Positions 46,090 to 55,784 of a stretch of DNA of 64,000 bases are shown here, piece by piece. Origin of the DNA: Patescibacteria group bacterium (GTDB lineage Bacteria > Patescibacteriota > Microgenomatia > UBA10105 > UBA927); NCBI GenBank assembly GCA_038062895.1, contig JBBTWJ010000006.1:48862-112861 (forward strand). The letters run 5' to 3'. Position 1 is the first letter of the stretch, and each line of letters opens with the position of its first letter. Under the pieces are notes generated by a model. It was not told the DNA's origin. It made no database searches and saw only the letters and a program-made list of their open reading frames with translations. The position numbers were made by a program, and so were the translations under genes.

Positions 46090-46931
46090 TTCACAAGCTT
46101 AATACACGCTACAGCGCGGGATGCAGCGCAGTATGATTTTTCAATATGTTTCTGGGAATATCTCACGTGCGAACATTCCTTTTCTGTGGAAAGCTGCCAT
46201 CCGCTTTCATTATATTGATAATAACTTATATCAAATGATGAGGGATCAAACGCCTTAATGAGCTCTCGCACCATAGCTGTATCGAAAACCTGATACCAAT
46301 CATGATCTTCATATGCACCAAATGGAATCGTGATAAGGCAAATACCCTTTTTTATCAAAATTCTTTTGAATTCTTTCACAACCAATAGATAATCTTTTTT
46401 ATTCTTTTGCTTATAACCACCATCAGGTATGTAGATACTGTTGTCCATTCCAACATGCTCTAATACTGACACGCAGGAAATTGAATCAAAAAATCCGTCC
46501 GTAAATATTTTCTTCCTCAAATCTCCGAAAATATACGAAATATATTTATCTACATAACAATTTTTTTCTGGATTTAGATTAACAATAAATATTTTTAGGT
46601 TTCTTAGCTGATGACTCAAAAGTATGGTTCGAAAATTGAACGAAGCACCCGCATCTAAATGATTACCCTTACTTGGAAGATGGGAAATTGCCCAAGGTAT
46701 CTCAACAATTCTTTCGCTCAATCCTACTCCTAATTTAGGAGGTAACGATTTTTTGTATCTAAATAAATTTAGATCAAATGTAATCAATCTTTCCATCTCC
46801 ACAAATAAATGAGATACAAAAATAATTTCTCCAATCACAAAGGGAACCTTATTCCACCAAGGAAAAAATATATTGATAAAATCTCTTAGATAAATATAAA
46901 TAAATTCTTTGACTCCGTGGGTTACGCTCAT
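46086..46931 (-). CDS. hypothetical protein, SAM-methyltransferase-like fold
   Basis: 281 aa; LDAGAS...SVLEHVG pattern reminiscent of class I MTases; weak. Confidence 0.4.
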   Translation of the reverse strand: MSVTHGVKEFIYIYLRDFINIFFPWWNKVPFVIGEIIFVSHLFVEMERLITFDLNLFRYKKSLPPKLGVGLSERIVEIPWAISHLPSKGNHLDAGASFNFRTILLSHQLRNLKIFIVNLNPEKNCYVDKYISYIFGDLRKKIFTDGFFDSISCVSVLEHVGMDNSIYIPDGGYKQKNKKDYLLVVKEFKRILIKKGICLITIPFGAYEDHDWYQVFDTAMVRELIKAFDPSSFDISYYQYNESGWQLSTEKECSHVRYSQKHIEKSYCAASRAVACIKLVK

Positions 46932-46949
46932 ACGTCCTATATTGACAGT

Positions 46950-49900
46950 CTATTTTCTCAAAAATAGCTTAAGACACAGAAAAAGGATAATAAGTAAACC
47001 AAATCCTGACAGCAATAAACTTCCGTAAAATAACTTCTGAGACGTCATTTCTATGATAAGGGTGTAATCGCTCCGGTTATTCACATCCTCGGGCTTAATA
47101 ACCCATGAATTCGCATATCCGTTTACCGGCAAATGGGACTTTTCTGCGATCGGATCAAATCCCCACGTGTCAAATGTATCCCGGTTCCAAAAATCAATTC
47201 TATGTTTGCCTTCTTGGATCGCTCCGTTTGCATAGCTTGCGACGATCGCATTGCTTCCCTCGGTCGTTTCAGGAATAATTGACTTTGTAACTGATCCTAA
47301 TATGCCTCCCACAACTCTCGCCAGCATGCCTTTTATGGTTTTTGCTTCATGTTCGAGGCTGGGATAAAACAGTTTCCATTTTTGGTTAAATGACTGGGAC
47401 AAGACAAGTGCGTACGGGCCTTTCGCATCCCTCACCTCCACCGTATATTTTGTGGGGTTTATTTGGGTGAACGTGATGCGTGGAATCGCAGAAATAGTGG
47501 ATTGCGGGATGGATTTTAATACGATATTAGGATTATAAATTTTTTGCACAGTCAGATTTTTAATCTCTATTTTCTTAATTGTTTCTTCATCCTGACTCAC
47601 GACATCATCCAAATCCCTCGTGATTTGTAATGAAGCTGAAGAAGCATCTTTTGCGGATAAAACGGCAACCTTAAACTTCCGCCATTCCTTCGACCTGATC
47701 GTTTCCTCATATGCGTCATTCACAAATCTGTTGGTTTCTGTATCACCCTTTTCATGCAAAACCATTAAAAAGTTCTGATCATTGGTCAAATAGTCAAAAG
47801 AAATGGCGTATATTGTATCTCCCTCCCAATTGGGGATGTCACGCAAGAGTCCGCTTGTATCACTTAAAAAGTTATACATTACGGCCAGAGTTACCGGATC
47901 GGTCTCTATCGCTCCTTGTTCTTTCCCTAAGCTTATTTGTTCCGCCACAGTCCAATGCGTTTGTGCGACCAAATTTGGAACTGAACGAATCGAAAGAACC
48001 AGCGGCAATGACTGTTTATTTTCAACTTGCATATCGCTATATTTCAGCCATTCCTCATATTGAGCTTCCATGGGTGATAATTTCATCCCACCAACACTCA
48101 AATCTATTGGAAGATCATCCATGTCGTTCTTATTGACGTATACTTCATATTTTCCATTTGGAAGAGGATTTTCCACAATATACGGAATGTTCCCAACATC
48201 CGGCAAGTCAAGACTCAATGAATTGTGTATATCAATAAACATCCCATCTATTAAACCCGAAAGGTACCGCCTGTCTTCAGTGTTTAACGAAGAATCTTGC
48301 CGTATGGCAGTCCTCAACTTCTCCTTATGCTCCTTTAAATATGTCTTTAATTCGACCTTGCTAGTAGTTCTTGAATATGCGGATTGATTGGTAGAATCTA
48401 TCTCGATAATAATTTTTTTTATCGCTTGTTGATATCGTGCGAGCGTGACCTCCCATGAATTGTATTCACTAAACTTAAAAAACTCCCAGAGCGTTGGCTC
48501 TCTCCACTGTTGAGCGAATTGGGATATGCTCGCAATGTTTCTCCGAAGCGGAGTATCTTTTAGTTCATAGAGTTCGTTGATACGCTTCTCTGCAAAATAG
48601 ATACTCCTGTCAATATACGCATCATTGATGTCTCCGTATCGATTGAGATCCCGTTTTTCACGCAATACGACCAATGGGTAAATGAACGAAGAAAGTTTCC
48701 TCGATACGGTGGGAGAAACAAACCGGTCAGACTTTTTCTTTTTAAAAAAATCAAAAATCGTACTGGTGTTTCTTGCTTTCAAAAGGACGGTATCAAATAA
48801 TTCCTGCCTGGCGTTGAAAATCGTACTGTCGTCAAAGAAGGCTACCCGTTTATCGGTATAAAAAGAAACGGGAGTACTCGCGTTTACCGCAATAACGTCA
48901 CCGGAGTATGCGATACTTTTTGGAGTATAAATATGCGGAATATAGGACGTATCATCGAACTCATAAATATGAAATGTATTGGCAATGGTTTTTATCTCTT
49001 TCACCCCGAGTCCTTTTATGAATTCTTTGTACCCCTCTTGAGTGTCAGGAAAAAAATCACGGGCACGTGTATACGGTAACGCCGGAAAATTATCTCCATA
49101 AATATACGGATCAGCGTTATAAAAAATGTATTTAATATTCAACATAATAAGAATATTTTTTAACTTGGTGTAATTTTTTTCTTTTGCAGCAGCCAGAATA
49201 CTCTCACCAAAAACACCAAGCTCTGCTATGCTGGTAAATTCATTCCTTGCTGCCAAGTATGTGATCGTGGACGGACCGATATATGCTGCATCATTTTCAC
49301 CTTTCAGCACTTGATATCCATGGTCGTTAAGCGGTAACGATAATATCTTGCCATCCACAGGGAGTGACCTGATAAAGGCAAGCACATCTTCATACACCGG
49401 GTCCATTTTTATATGGGACCGGATGTCTTTACTTTGCCAAAGCTTCGTATCTGTCAATTGTCCACTGATAAATTGCCATGAGGTTGAGACCAGGAGAATG
49501 ACGATGAACCCCGTGAGGACATATCTTTCAGCCGCTCTAATTTTTGTAAACACACTGGAGAGAGCCAAACCAACCAGTACCGTGTAAAAAAACAAATACG
49601 CCCATTGCCACTGGCCATAAAAAACACGGAACATGGCAAATCCGGGCAACCGGAACGCCAACTCATACAGCTTCAGTCCGATATGAGTAATATTGGCCGA
49701 AACAAAAAATAGCGTAATGAGAAAAAATATCGTACTTAACAGGTATAGTTTGCTCTTATTCCATAATAATCCCAGCACAAACAGGAGTGGAAAAAGTATA
49801 AAGATCCACCAATAAAATTTTGGCTCCGTATATTGCAACAGGCCGAGCAGCGCATAACTCACTTTGATGGACGGTGCTGTGGCCACGAAATATTTGAGTC

Positions 49901-50768
49901 CCCACTCTAATTTGCCTTGAGCTCCGAAAATAAAATCGCCTAAGAAACTTCCCGGAGTCAATATGCTCACTATTTGCGGTATGAGATGAAATGCCTGCAG
50001 AAGAACAAAAAGCACCAGGCCAACTGCAATTTTTGCTATCGGGATTGATTTCCTTTTTATATATTTGGTGTAAATGCCAAGAAACAGAACTGCGAGCGGG
50101 AAAAAAGAAAAAAATGTGGGAGAACCAATGAAACTAAAATTTGAAGAAAAAATAAATGTCACAAGGAGCGACACCAACAGGTATCTCATACCGCCGGTCA
50201 GAAAAAACCGCAAAAGGAGAAAAAACAATAACGGATTGAGAAAAACTACATTCATGGGCAAAAGTGGATACCCCCACCAATGAATAGGATTTGGAGAAAA
50301 TGTGTAATAAAGACCAGCGAGAATTCCCGATGTCTCTATTATTGATTGATTCGGCCTTACTGCTTCTTCCTCTCCTTTCAGGAGCTCCTTTACTACCAGA
50401 TAACAGGCAAAGAATCCAAGGCTTAGATTGAGCCCATGAAATATCGAAATAACTATTGTCGGGGAATGTACTATTGATTTAATAAATGCCAGGAGCAAAA
50501 AGAATGGAATCGCATAGTAGCTCAAATTTTCTCCCCCGAACGCCGAATGAGAAACGCTATATGTTGACTGGCTCAAAAGATACGCAATGGGATCATAAAA
50601 ATACAGTCTGCTGTTATCTCCTCCTAGATCCATTTCTCCCGGCTTAAGCCAGAAAAACGGAATGAAAAAAATCAGAATGGTTATGACAAAAACCAATAGC
50701 GAATAACGTGATATTTTCATGTTCGTAATTCCTGAATAATTCCAACGATCATAAAGAGAAATAACCAA
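46950..50768 (-). CDS. giant GT-C-like membrane protein (paralog 2; AftD/DUF3367-like architecture); probable start Met at 50720
   Basis: 1272 aa; N-terminal FWLKPGEMDLGGDNSRLYFYDP and RLPGFAMFRVFYGQWQWAYLFFY shared with 53368-55779 protein; ~14 TM then ~800 aa extracytoplasmic region and C-terminal TM anchor. Confidence 0.55.
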   Translation of the reverse strand: MVISLYDRWNYSGITNMKISRYSLLVFVITILIFFIPFFWLKPGEMDLGGDNSRLYFYDPIAYLLSQSTYSVSHSAFGGENLSYYAIPFFLLLAFIKSIVHSPTIVISIFHGLNLSLGFFACYLVVKELLKGEEEAVRPNQSIIETSGILAGLYYTFSPNPIHWWGYPLLPMNVVFLNPLLFFLLLRFFLTGGMRYLLVSLLVTFIFSSNFSFIGSPTFFSFFPLAVLFLGIYTKYIKRKSIPIAKIAVGLVLFVLLQAFHLIPQIVSILTPGSFLGDFIFGAQGKLEWGLKYFVATAPSIKVSYALLGLLQYTEPKFYWWIFILFPLLFVLGLLWNKSKLYLLSTIFFLITLFFVSANITHIGLKLYELAFRLPGFAMFRVFYGQWQWAYLFFYTVLVGLALSSVFTKIRAAERYVLTGFIVILLVSTSWQFISGQLTDTKLWQSKDIRSHIKMDPVYEDVLAFIRSLPVDGKILSLPLNDHGYQVLKGENDAAYIGPSTITYLAARNEFTSIAELGVFGESILAAAKEKNYTKLKNILIMLNIKYIFYNADPYIYGDNFPALPYTRARDFFPDTQEGYKEFIKGLGVKEIKTIANTFHIYEFDDTSYIPHIYTPKSIAYSGDVIAVNASTPVSFYTDKRVAFFDDSTIFNARQELFDTVLLKARNTSTIFDFFKKKKSDRFVSPTVSRKLSSFIYPLVVLREKRDLNRYGDINDAYIDRSIYFAEKRINELYELKDTPLRRNIASISQFAQQWREPTLWEFFKFSEYNSWEVTLARYQQAIKKIIIEIDSTNQSAYSRTTSKVELKTYLKEHKEKLRTAIRQDSSLNTEDRRYLSGLIDGMFIDIHNSLSLDLPDVGNIPYIVENPLPNGKYEVYVNKNDMDDLPIDLSVGGMKLSPMEAQYEEWLKYSDMQVENKQSLPLVLSIRSVPNLVAQTHWTVAEQISLGKEQGAIETDPVTLAVMYNFLSDTSGLLRDIPNWEGDTIYAISFDYLTNDQNFLMVLHEKGDTETNRFVNDAYEETIRSKEWRKFKVAVLSAKDASSASLQITRDLDDVVSQDEETIKKIEIKNLTVQKIYNPNIVLKSIPQSTISAIPRITFTQINPTKYTVEVRDAKGPYALVLSQSFNQKWKLFYPSLEHEAKTIKGMLARVVGGILGSVTKSIIPETTEGSNAIVASYANGAIQEGKHRIDFWNRDTFDTWGFDPIAEKSHLPVNGYANSWVIKPEDVNNRSDYTLIIEMTSQKLFYGSLLLSGFGLLIILFLCLKLFLRK

Positions 50769-51085
50769 ACGCTAAATTTTTCCGTAGTAACTGACGCAGA
50801 GGAAGAAAAAAAACTAATACCCAATGCCGTCAAGAACAATAAACATAACAAAAAAGTGAGTTTGCTGGTTATATGGGTCATTTTTGCGTATATTCCATAT
50901 GCCGCCAAAACGCCAAACGTTATGACATCCGAGCTGGTTTTGAGAAAGATGCTATCGATAAAAATTGCTCCTACGAGGGACACCAAAATCACTTGTTTAT
51001 TCTGTTCTAAAAAAGTGACTATTTTTCCACGGTACATAGATCTATAAACGATAGCATTCATGACGTAGGACCAGATTCTATTCAT
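50717..51085 (-). CDS. small 4-TM membrane protein (paralog of 52980-53336)
   Basis: 122 aa; C-terminal VWLFLFMIVGIIQELRT matches VWLYLFLVLGIYQKWRE of the other copy. Confidence 0.5.
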   Translation of the reverse strand: MNRIWSYVMNAIVYRSMYRGKIVTFLEQNKQVILVSLVGAIFIDSIFLKTSSDVITFGVLAAYGIYAKMTHITSKLTFLLCLLFLTALGISFFSSSASVTTEKFSVWLFLFMIVGIIQELRT

Positions 51086-51104
51086 AGGAATAGTGCATTA
51101 TAAA

Positions 51105-52013
51105 CTATCCAGCATGGTGTTCCCACCACCGGCACTCATCTGCATACAGCTTCATACGTTCAAATGTTTCTTTCAGACCTTCCTCAATGGTGTACCGGGG
51201 TGTCCAGCCAGTGAGACGCTTCACCAGGGCTACATCGGCAGTAAAATTCATAGGGCCGGACACGGGCTTTTCCAAATCCTTAATCTTTTTACCGGATAAC
51301 TCCCCGATAATCTGCGCGATGCGACCCACGCTTACCGACTGTCCGGTGCCTAAATTCACCGGGCCGGTATAATCCGTTTCAAGCAGTTTGACGATCGCAT
51401 CAGCAGCATCCGGAGTATAGAGAAAATCACGAACCGGCTTGGTATTCCACAAGGTCACTTCATTTGGCGAAAGCGCCTGTTGGATGAGCGTCGGAACCAA
51501 ATCCGGTCTCACGAGTTTCGTCGGACCATAAATATTACTAAACCGGGCGATGATGCTGGGAATTTTCGAAGCATAAAAACGCACTAACTCCTCCGACAAA
51601 TATTTACTGAATACATAATCATTGATATAGGGATCAGTGGGCTGCGTCTCGTCAACCGGCAACTTCATTTTGTTCACGTCGTACAAGAGAATCGTGGAAA
51701 AACACATGAATTTCTTGATTGTTCTCTTTTGCAGGTAAAAAAGTATTTTTTTAAGAGGAAGGACGTTATACTCAAGTCCCATACTCGGCTTGGTATTAAT
51801 GATGTGGTGGTTAGAGCTGCCAACGAGAAAAATGACCTTGTCAAACTCCAGATCATCCAGAGCCGTCAGGTCATCAAGGCTCGGTAAAAAGACATGCTTG
51901 TTTTTAAGTTGCGCGGACAACGGACTGCGGCCAATGGAAATGATATCCGGATACTTTTCCAAAATGATCGGACCCAGGAAACCACTTCCCCCGAATAATA
52001 CGGTATTACTCAT
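51105..52013 (-). CDS. NAD(P)-dependent epimerase/reductase (SDR family)
   Basis: 302 aa; LFGGSGFLG Rossmann-like motif, YxxxK (YVFSK). Confidence 0.7.
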   Translation of the reverse strand: MSNTVLFGGSGFLGPIILEKYPDIISIGRSPLSAQLKNKHVFLPSLDDLTALDDLEFDKVIFLVGSSNHHIINTKPSMGLEYNVLPLKKILFYLQKRTIKKFMCFSTILLYDVNKMKLPVDETQPTDPYINDYVFSKYLSEELVRFYASKIPSIIARFSNIYGPTKLVRPDLVPTLIQQALSPNEVTLWNTKPVRDFLYTPDAADAIVKLLETDYTGPVNLGTGQSVSVGRIAQIIGELSGKKIKDLEKPVSGPMNFTADVALVKRLTGWTPRYTIEEGLKETFERMKLYADECRWWEHHAG

Positions 52014-52972
52014 ACTTTTGATGAGGCAGCTTCATAGTTCTGTTCAAACCACGAAATAGTTTTTTGTAAGCCCGTTGCCAGATCAAATGCTGGCTTCCAC
52101 TTCAGTTTCTCCTGCATGTGGGTAATATCACATACTTTGCGCAGTGCTCCATCCGGTCCGGACGTATTCCACTTAATCTCTCCAGAGTATCCGGAGATCT
52201 CCTTTATGAGTTCGGCAAGCTCGGCAATTGGCGTTTCCACTCCGGTACCGATGTTGAGGGGCATTTCCTCATCATAACGTTCTGCAGCGCTCAGAACCCC
52301 GTCCGCGGCGTCCTCAACATACAGGAGCTCCCGGATAGCCCGCCCGGATCCTAACACTTCCACAGACGGATCGCTACCACGCTTGGCATCGACAAACTTC
52401 TTGATAAGCGCGGAAGCGACATGGGACCGTTCGATACTAAAGACATCCCGCGGCCCGTACATGTTCGTCAAAAGGAGCGTAATTGAATTGAGGCCATATT
52501 GCTGCCGGTATGCGTTACTGCCTATATACATCGCGCGTTTCGAAAAACCATACGCCTCTACGCTTCTATGCATTGGTCCGTTCATAAACTCCTCCTCACG
52601 GAAATATCCGGTCGGAAGCTCTCCGGGATAGGCGCACGTGGAACCGATGTTTACCAGCTTTTCGGCATGAGATACATGCGCGGCTTTGAGAACATTGATA
52701 TTTATCCTCACATTGGTATCAAAAAGATCCGCAGGGTTTTTCAAAATGTTGAGAAGCCCACTGATAGCTCCTGCACAATTGATGACGAGATCCGGCTTCT
52801 CGCGGAGGAAATAATCGATACTCGCTTTTTCCTGGGTCAGATCAAGTTCCCCGTGCGACGGCGCAAGGAGATGAACGTCGAAACGTTCCAGTTTATCGGT
52901 TATGTGGCTTGCTAAAAATCCGCTTCCGCCTAAAAGGAGTACTTTTTTATTTTGTAATTTCATAATGACCAC
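52010..52972 (-). CDS. fcl: GDP-L-fucose synthase (GDP-4-keto-6-deoxy-D-mannose 3,5-epimerase/4-reductase)
   Basis: 320 aa; aligns with E. coli Fcl across length: VINCAGAISGLLNILKNPADLFDTNVRININVL...IGSTCAYP, KPDGALRKVCDIT. Confidence 0.8.
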   Translation of the reverse strand: MVIMKLQNKKVLLLGGSGFLASHITDKLERFDVHLLAPSHGELDLTQEKASIDYFLREKPDLVINCAGAISGLLNILKNPADLFDTNVRININVLKAAHVSHAEKLVNIGSTCAYPGELPTGYFREEEFMNGPMHRSVEAYGFSKRAMYIGSNAYRQQYGLNSITLLLTNMYGPRDVFSIERSHVASALIKKFVDAKRGSDPSVEVLGSGRAIRELLYVEDAADGVLSAAERYDEEMPLNIGTGVETPIAELAELIKEISGYSGEIKWNTSGPDGALRKVCDITHMQEKLKWKPAFDLATGLQKTISWFEQNYEAASSKV

Positions 52973-52979
52973 CGTATAT

Positions 52980-53336
52980 TCATTCTCTCCATTTTTGATA
53001 TATGCCTAAAACCAAAAATAAATACAACCACACCGCAAATCGTTCTACCGCCGGAACCAGCGGCTGATAGAAAAGCAATGGATCTGTCCACAAGTACATC
53101 ACATAGGTCAAAATGAGTAACAATAACGAAAAAAGAAGGGTCACCGTGCTCGTCAGCGCGAAACGCTTAATCAGATAAAAGAAAAATAAGAGTATGCCGA
53201 ATATCCGTATGTCAGAACTGATGGGAAAAAGAATAACATCACCCATGATGAGGACAAAAACCGGTATCAGGAAAAATAATTTATTCTTCTTGATAAAACC
53301 GATGCTTTTCGTGATAAATCCTGTTATTGCCCGCAT
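52980..53336 (-). CDS. small 4-TM membrane protein (paralog of 50717-51085)
   Basis: 118 aa; see paralog. Confidence 0.5.
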   Translation of the reverse strand: MRAITGFITKSIGFIKKNKLFFLIPVFVLIMGDVILFPISSDIRIFGILLFFFYLIKRFALTSTVTLLFSLLLLILTYVMYLWTDPLLFYQPLVPAVERFAVWLYLFLVLGIYQKWRE

Positions 53337-53367
53337 AGTTATAGAAATACTTTAGATCAATATAGTA

Positions 53368-55779
53368 TCACTTTTTCCTTAAAATGGATGCCCCGTAGAG
53401 CAAAAAAACGCATATCGCCACTATCGAAATGGCAGCACTGTAATAAAATACCCGTTGTTCAACCATCTCGACGATTATTTCATACTGCTCTCTACCCGAA
53501 CTATCTTCTGGCGTGATATACCATGCATTCGCATACCCGTTCACCAAAAAATGCTGATTGTCCGGAATACTTGGCATACCCAATGTTTCAAACGTTTTGG
53601 CATTCAGAAAAATATCATCATGCGCAGACTCGCGAATGCTTCCGTCAAAATAACTCCCATTTACCTGCAACTCTTCACCTTCTTTCTTCGATATATAGAG
53701 CTTCCAGCGAGAGTGATATTTATCAGAAAATACGAGGGTATACGGATTTCGCGCTCCAGATACTTGCACTCTATATTTTGTAGGGTTTATCCGTTTGTAG
53801 GTTACGACCGGCAGACCTCCTGTCGTCTCTATGGCATGTTGTGTACACGTTTGCGCTGTAAATACACTGTCACAAACAGTACGCTCTACAAATGCTACTC
53901 TCGGTTCGCTTAATGGTGTGGTAAAAAATGACGCATAATCCGGCTCTTTTTTCTCTTGCGTATCAAACGGATACACGGTGGCCGGAATATAGAAACGGGG
54001 AAGATATTCTTTCACATCTGCTTCCAATACGCGGTAGTATCCCTGTTCAAATATTTTTGGCCCCGCGATAGACCCAACCAAATCCGCAAGCGCCTTGTCA
54101 TCCGGAACAGCTTCAAGAAATAGTCCGTATGGGAAGGCGGGAAAAAATTGCTTATACGCCTTCGGGTCTGCGCTATAAAAAATATATTTGACGTTGAGCA
54201 AACCGAGTAAACGTCTGACCGCACCATAATTTTTATCTTTAATTAATTGAAGAAATAAATTGGAAAAAGGAGCAATATCCTGATATCCGCTATAATCGTG
54301 TCTTCCGGTAAGGTATGCAGTAGGAGATACGCCGATATATGCCCCGTTATTCGTCCCTGCGATAAGCTGATATGCGTAATCGGTAAACGGAAAATTAATG
54401 ATTTTTCCATCGTCCGGTATTGCTTTAAGGAATGCAAGCGATTGTTCATAATCTGGATTTATTTTCATAATGTTCGTCATATTGTTTGAACCCCAAAGAG
54501 GCGCTTTGAGAAGGTCACCACTGATAAACGTCCAACTGCTGTAGATAAAAAATCCGGCGATGATGACCGACAACACATAGACAGAACGTAAACGTAATTT
54601 AGCAAATACTACGAAAGACAAATAGCCGAATAATACCGAATAAAAAAATGCATAGACCCATTGCCACTGACCATAAAACACCCGGAACATACCAAATCCA
54701 GGGATGGAGAATAGCTTCCTATAGATCTCCACGCCAAGTTGGGTGATATTAGCCGATGTCAAAAACAGCGTGACGAAAAAAAATGAAGTCAGAAGGGCAA
54801 GGTCTCTCCCGATCCGTTTACTCAACAAATATCCCAGAATTATCATAAGAGGCACCGCTAAGGTGGCCCATCGAACCTCGGGCAAGGAATACGTATAAAA
54901 TATGTTTTTACTCACCTTGCCAAGACCCAACACCGCATTAAAATAATTTAATCCTTCATTTTTCGCAGCCGTTGCTTCGAGCAGTCGCTGGCCTAAATAG
55001 CTGCTTTTATCAAACGTATAGGAAACTACCGGAATGATGTGAAACGCATGGATACCCAAAAAGAGAATGACCCCAATGAATATATATTTCCAGGGTAATG
55101 ACTTTTTTATGACAAATTTCACATAGAGAGCCAAAAAACAAAGCGCTAATGGGTAAAAAGCAAAAAGAGGTGGCGGCGCGATTAACGTAAAATTCGGAGA
55201 AAAAAGAAAGGTGACCAATAGTGTGAGCCACAAATATTTAGCGTTATCCGTAAACAAAAATTTCATTATCAGATAAAACATCACGGGGTTGAGGAATACC
55301 TGGTTATGCGTGAGAAGTGCCGCATGCATATTAGCCCCGACACTCGGAGAGAACGTATAAAAAAGTCCGGCCAATATTCCGGCTAAATCAGCTTGCGACT
55401 CCTTCGATTTGTCAACATGAGGCTTGAGCATCTCAACGACGATAAGATAGACAAAGAAAAAAGCCCCGACGAGCTTAAGCGCGTTTGATACATTGATCAG
55501 AAGATACGGCGAATGGAAAATGGAATCGATTATTTTAAGTACAAAAAGATAGGGGATAAGATTCTGATTCGGAGCTACTACGCCGTTATTGCCGGGTTGA
55601 ACGCTATATAAGCTCGTCGATCGCAGGAACGCTCCTGGGTCATATAAATACAACCTGCTACTGTCCCCCCCTAACTCCAACTCGCCGGGCTTGAGCCAAA
55701 GAAAAGGAAGAAGAAATAAAAGGATACAAATTACCCAAAGCGTTATTTTTACCCTGAAAATCGACGCATAACTTGCCAT
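53368..55779 (-). CDS. large GT-C-like membrane protein (paralog 3)
   Basis: 803 aa; LWLKPGELELGGDSSRLYLYDP, SIPGFGMFRVFYGQWQWVYAFFY; same architecture as 46950-50768 protein with shorter extracytoplasmic region. Confidence 0.55.
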   Translation of the reverse strand: MASYASIFRVKITLWVICILLFLLPFLWLKPGELELGGDSSRLYLYDPGAFLRSTSLYSVQPGNNGVVAPNQNLIPYLFVLKIIDSIFHSPYLLINVSNALKLVGAFFFVYLIVVEMLKPHVDKSKESQADLAGILAGLFYTFSPSVGANMHAALLTHNQVFLNPVMFYLIMKFLFTDNAKYLWLTLLVTFLFSPNFTLIAPPPLFAFYPLALCFLALYVKFVIKKSLPWKYIFIGVILFLGIHAFHIIPVVSYTFDKSSYLGQRLLEATAAKNEGLNYFNAVLGLGKVSKNIFYTYSLPEVRWATLAVPLMIILGYLLSKRIGRDLALLTSFFFVTLFLTSANITQLGVEIYRKLFSIPGFGMFRVFYGQWQWVYAFFYSVLFGYLSFVVFAKLRLRSVYVLSVIIAGFFIYSSWTFISGDLLKAPLWGSNNMTNIMKINPDYEQSLAFLKAIPDDGKIINFPFTDYAYQLIAGTNNGAYIGVSPTAYLTGRHDYSGYQDIAPFSNLFLQLIKDKNYGAVRRLLGLLNVKYIFYSADPKAYKQFFPAFPYGLFLEAVPDDKALADLVGSIAGPKIFEQGYYRVLEADVKEYLPRFYIPATVYPFDTQEKKEPDYASFFTTPLSEPRVAFVERTVCDSVFTAQTCTQHAIETTGGLPVVTYKRINPTKYRVQVSGARNPYTLVFSDKYHSRWKLYISKKEGEELQVNGSYFDGSIRESAHDDIFLNAKTFETLGMPSIPDNQHFLVNGYANAWYITPEDSSGREQYEIIVEMVEQRVFYYSAAISIVAICVFLLYGASILRKK

Positions 55780-55784
55780 ACAAT

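Noticed and set aside
53455-53913. 152-aa plus-strand ORF
   Set aside because: Antisense within the 803-aa membrane protein gene; Cys/Arg-rich nonsense-like translation.
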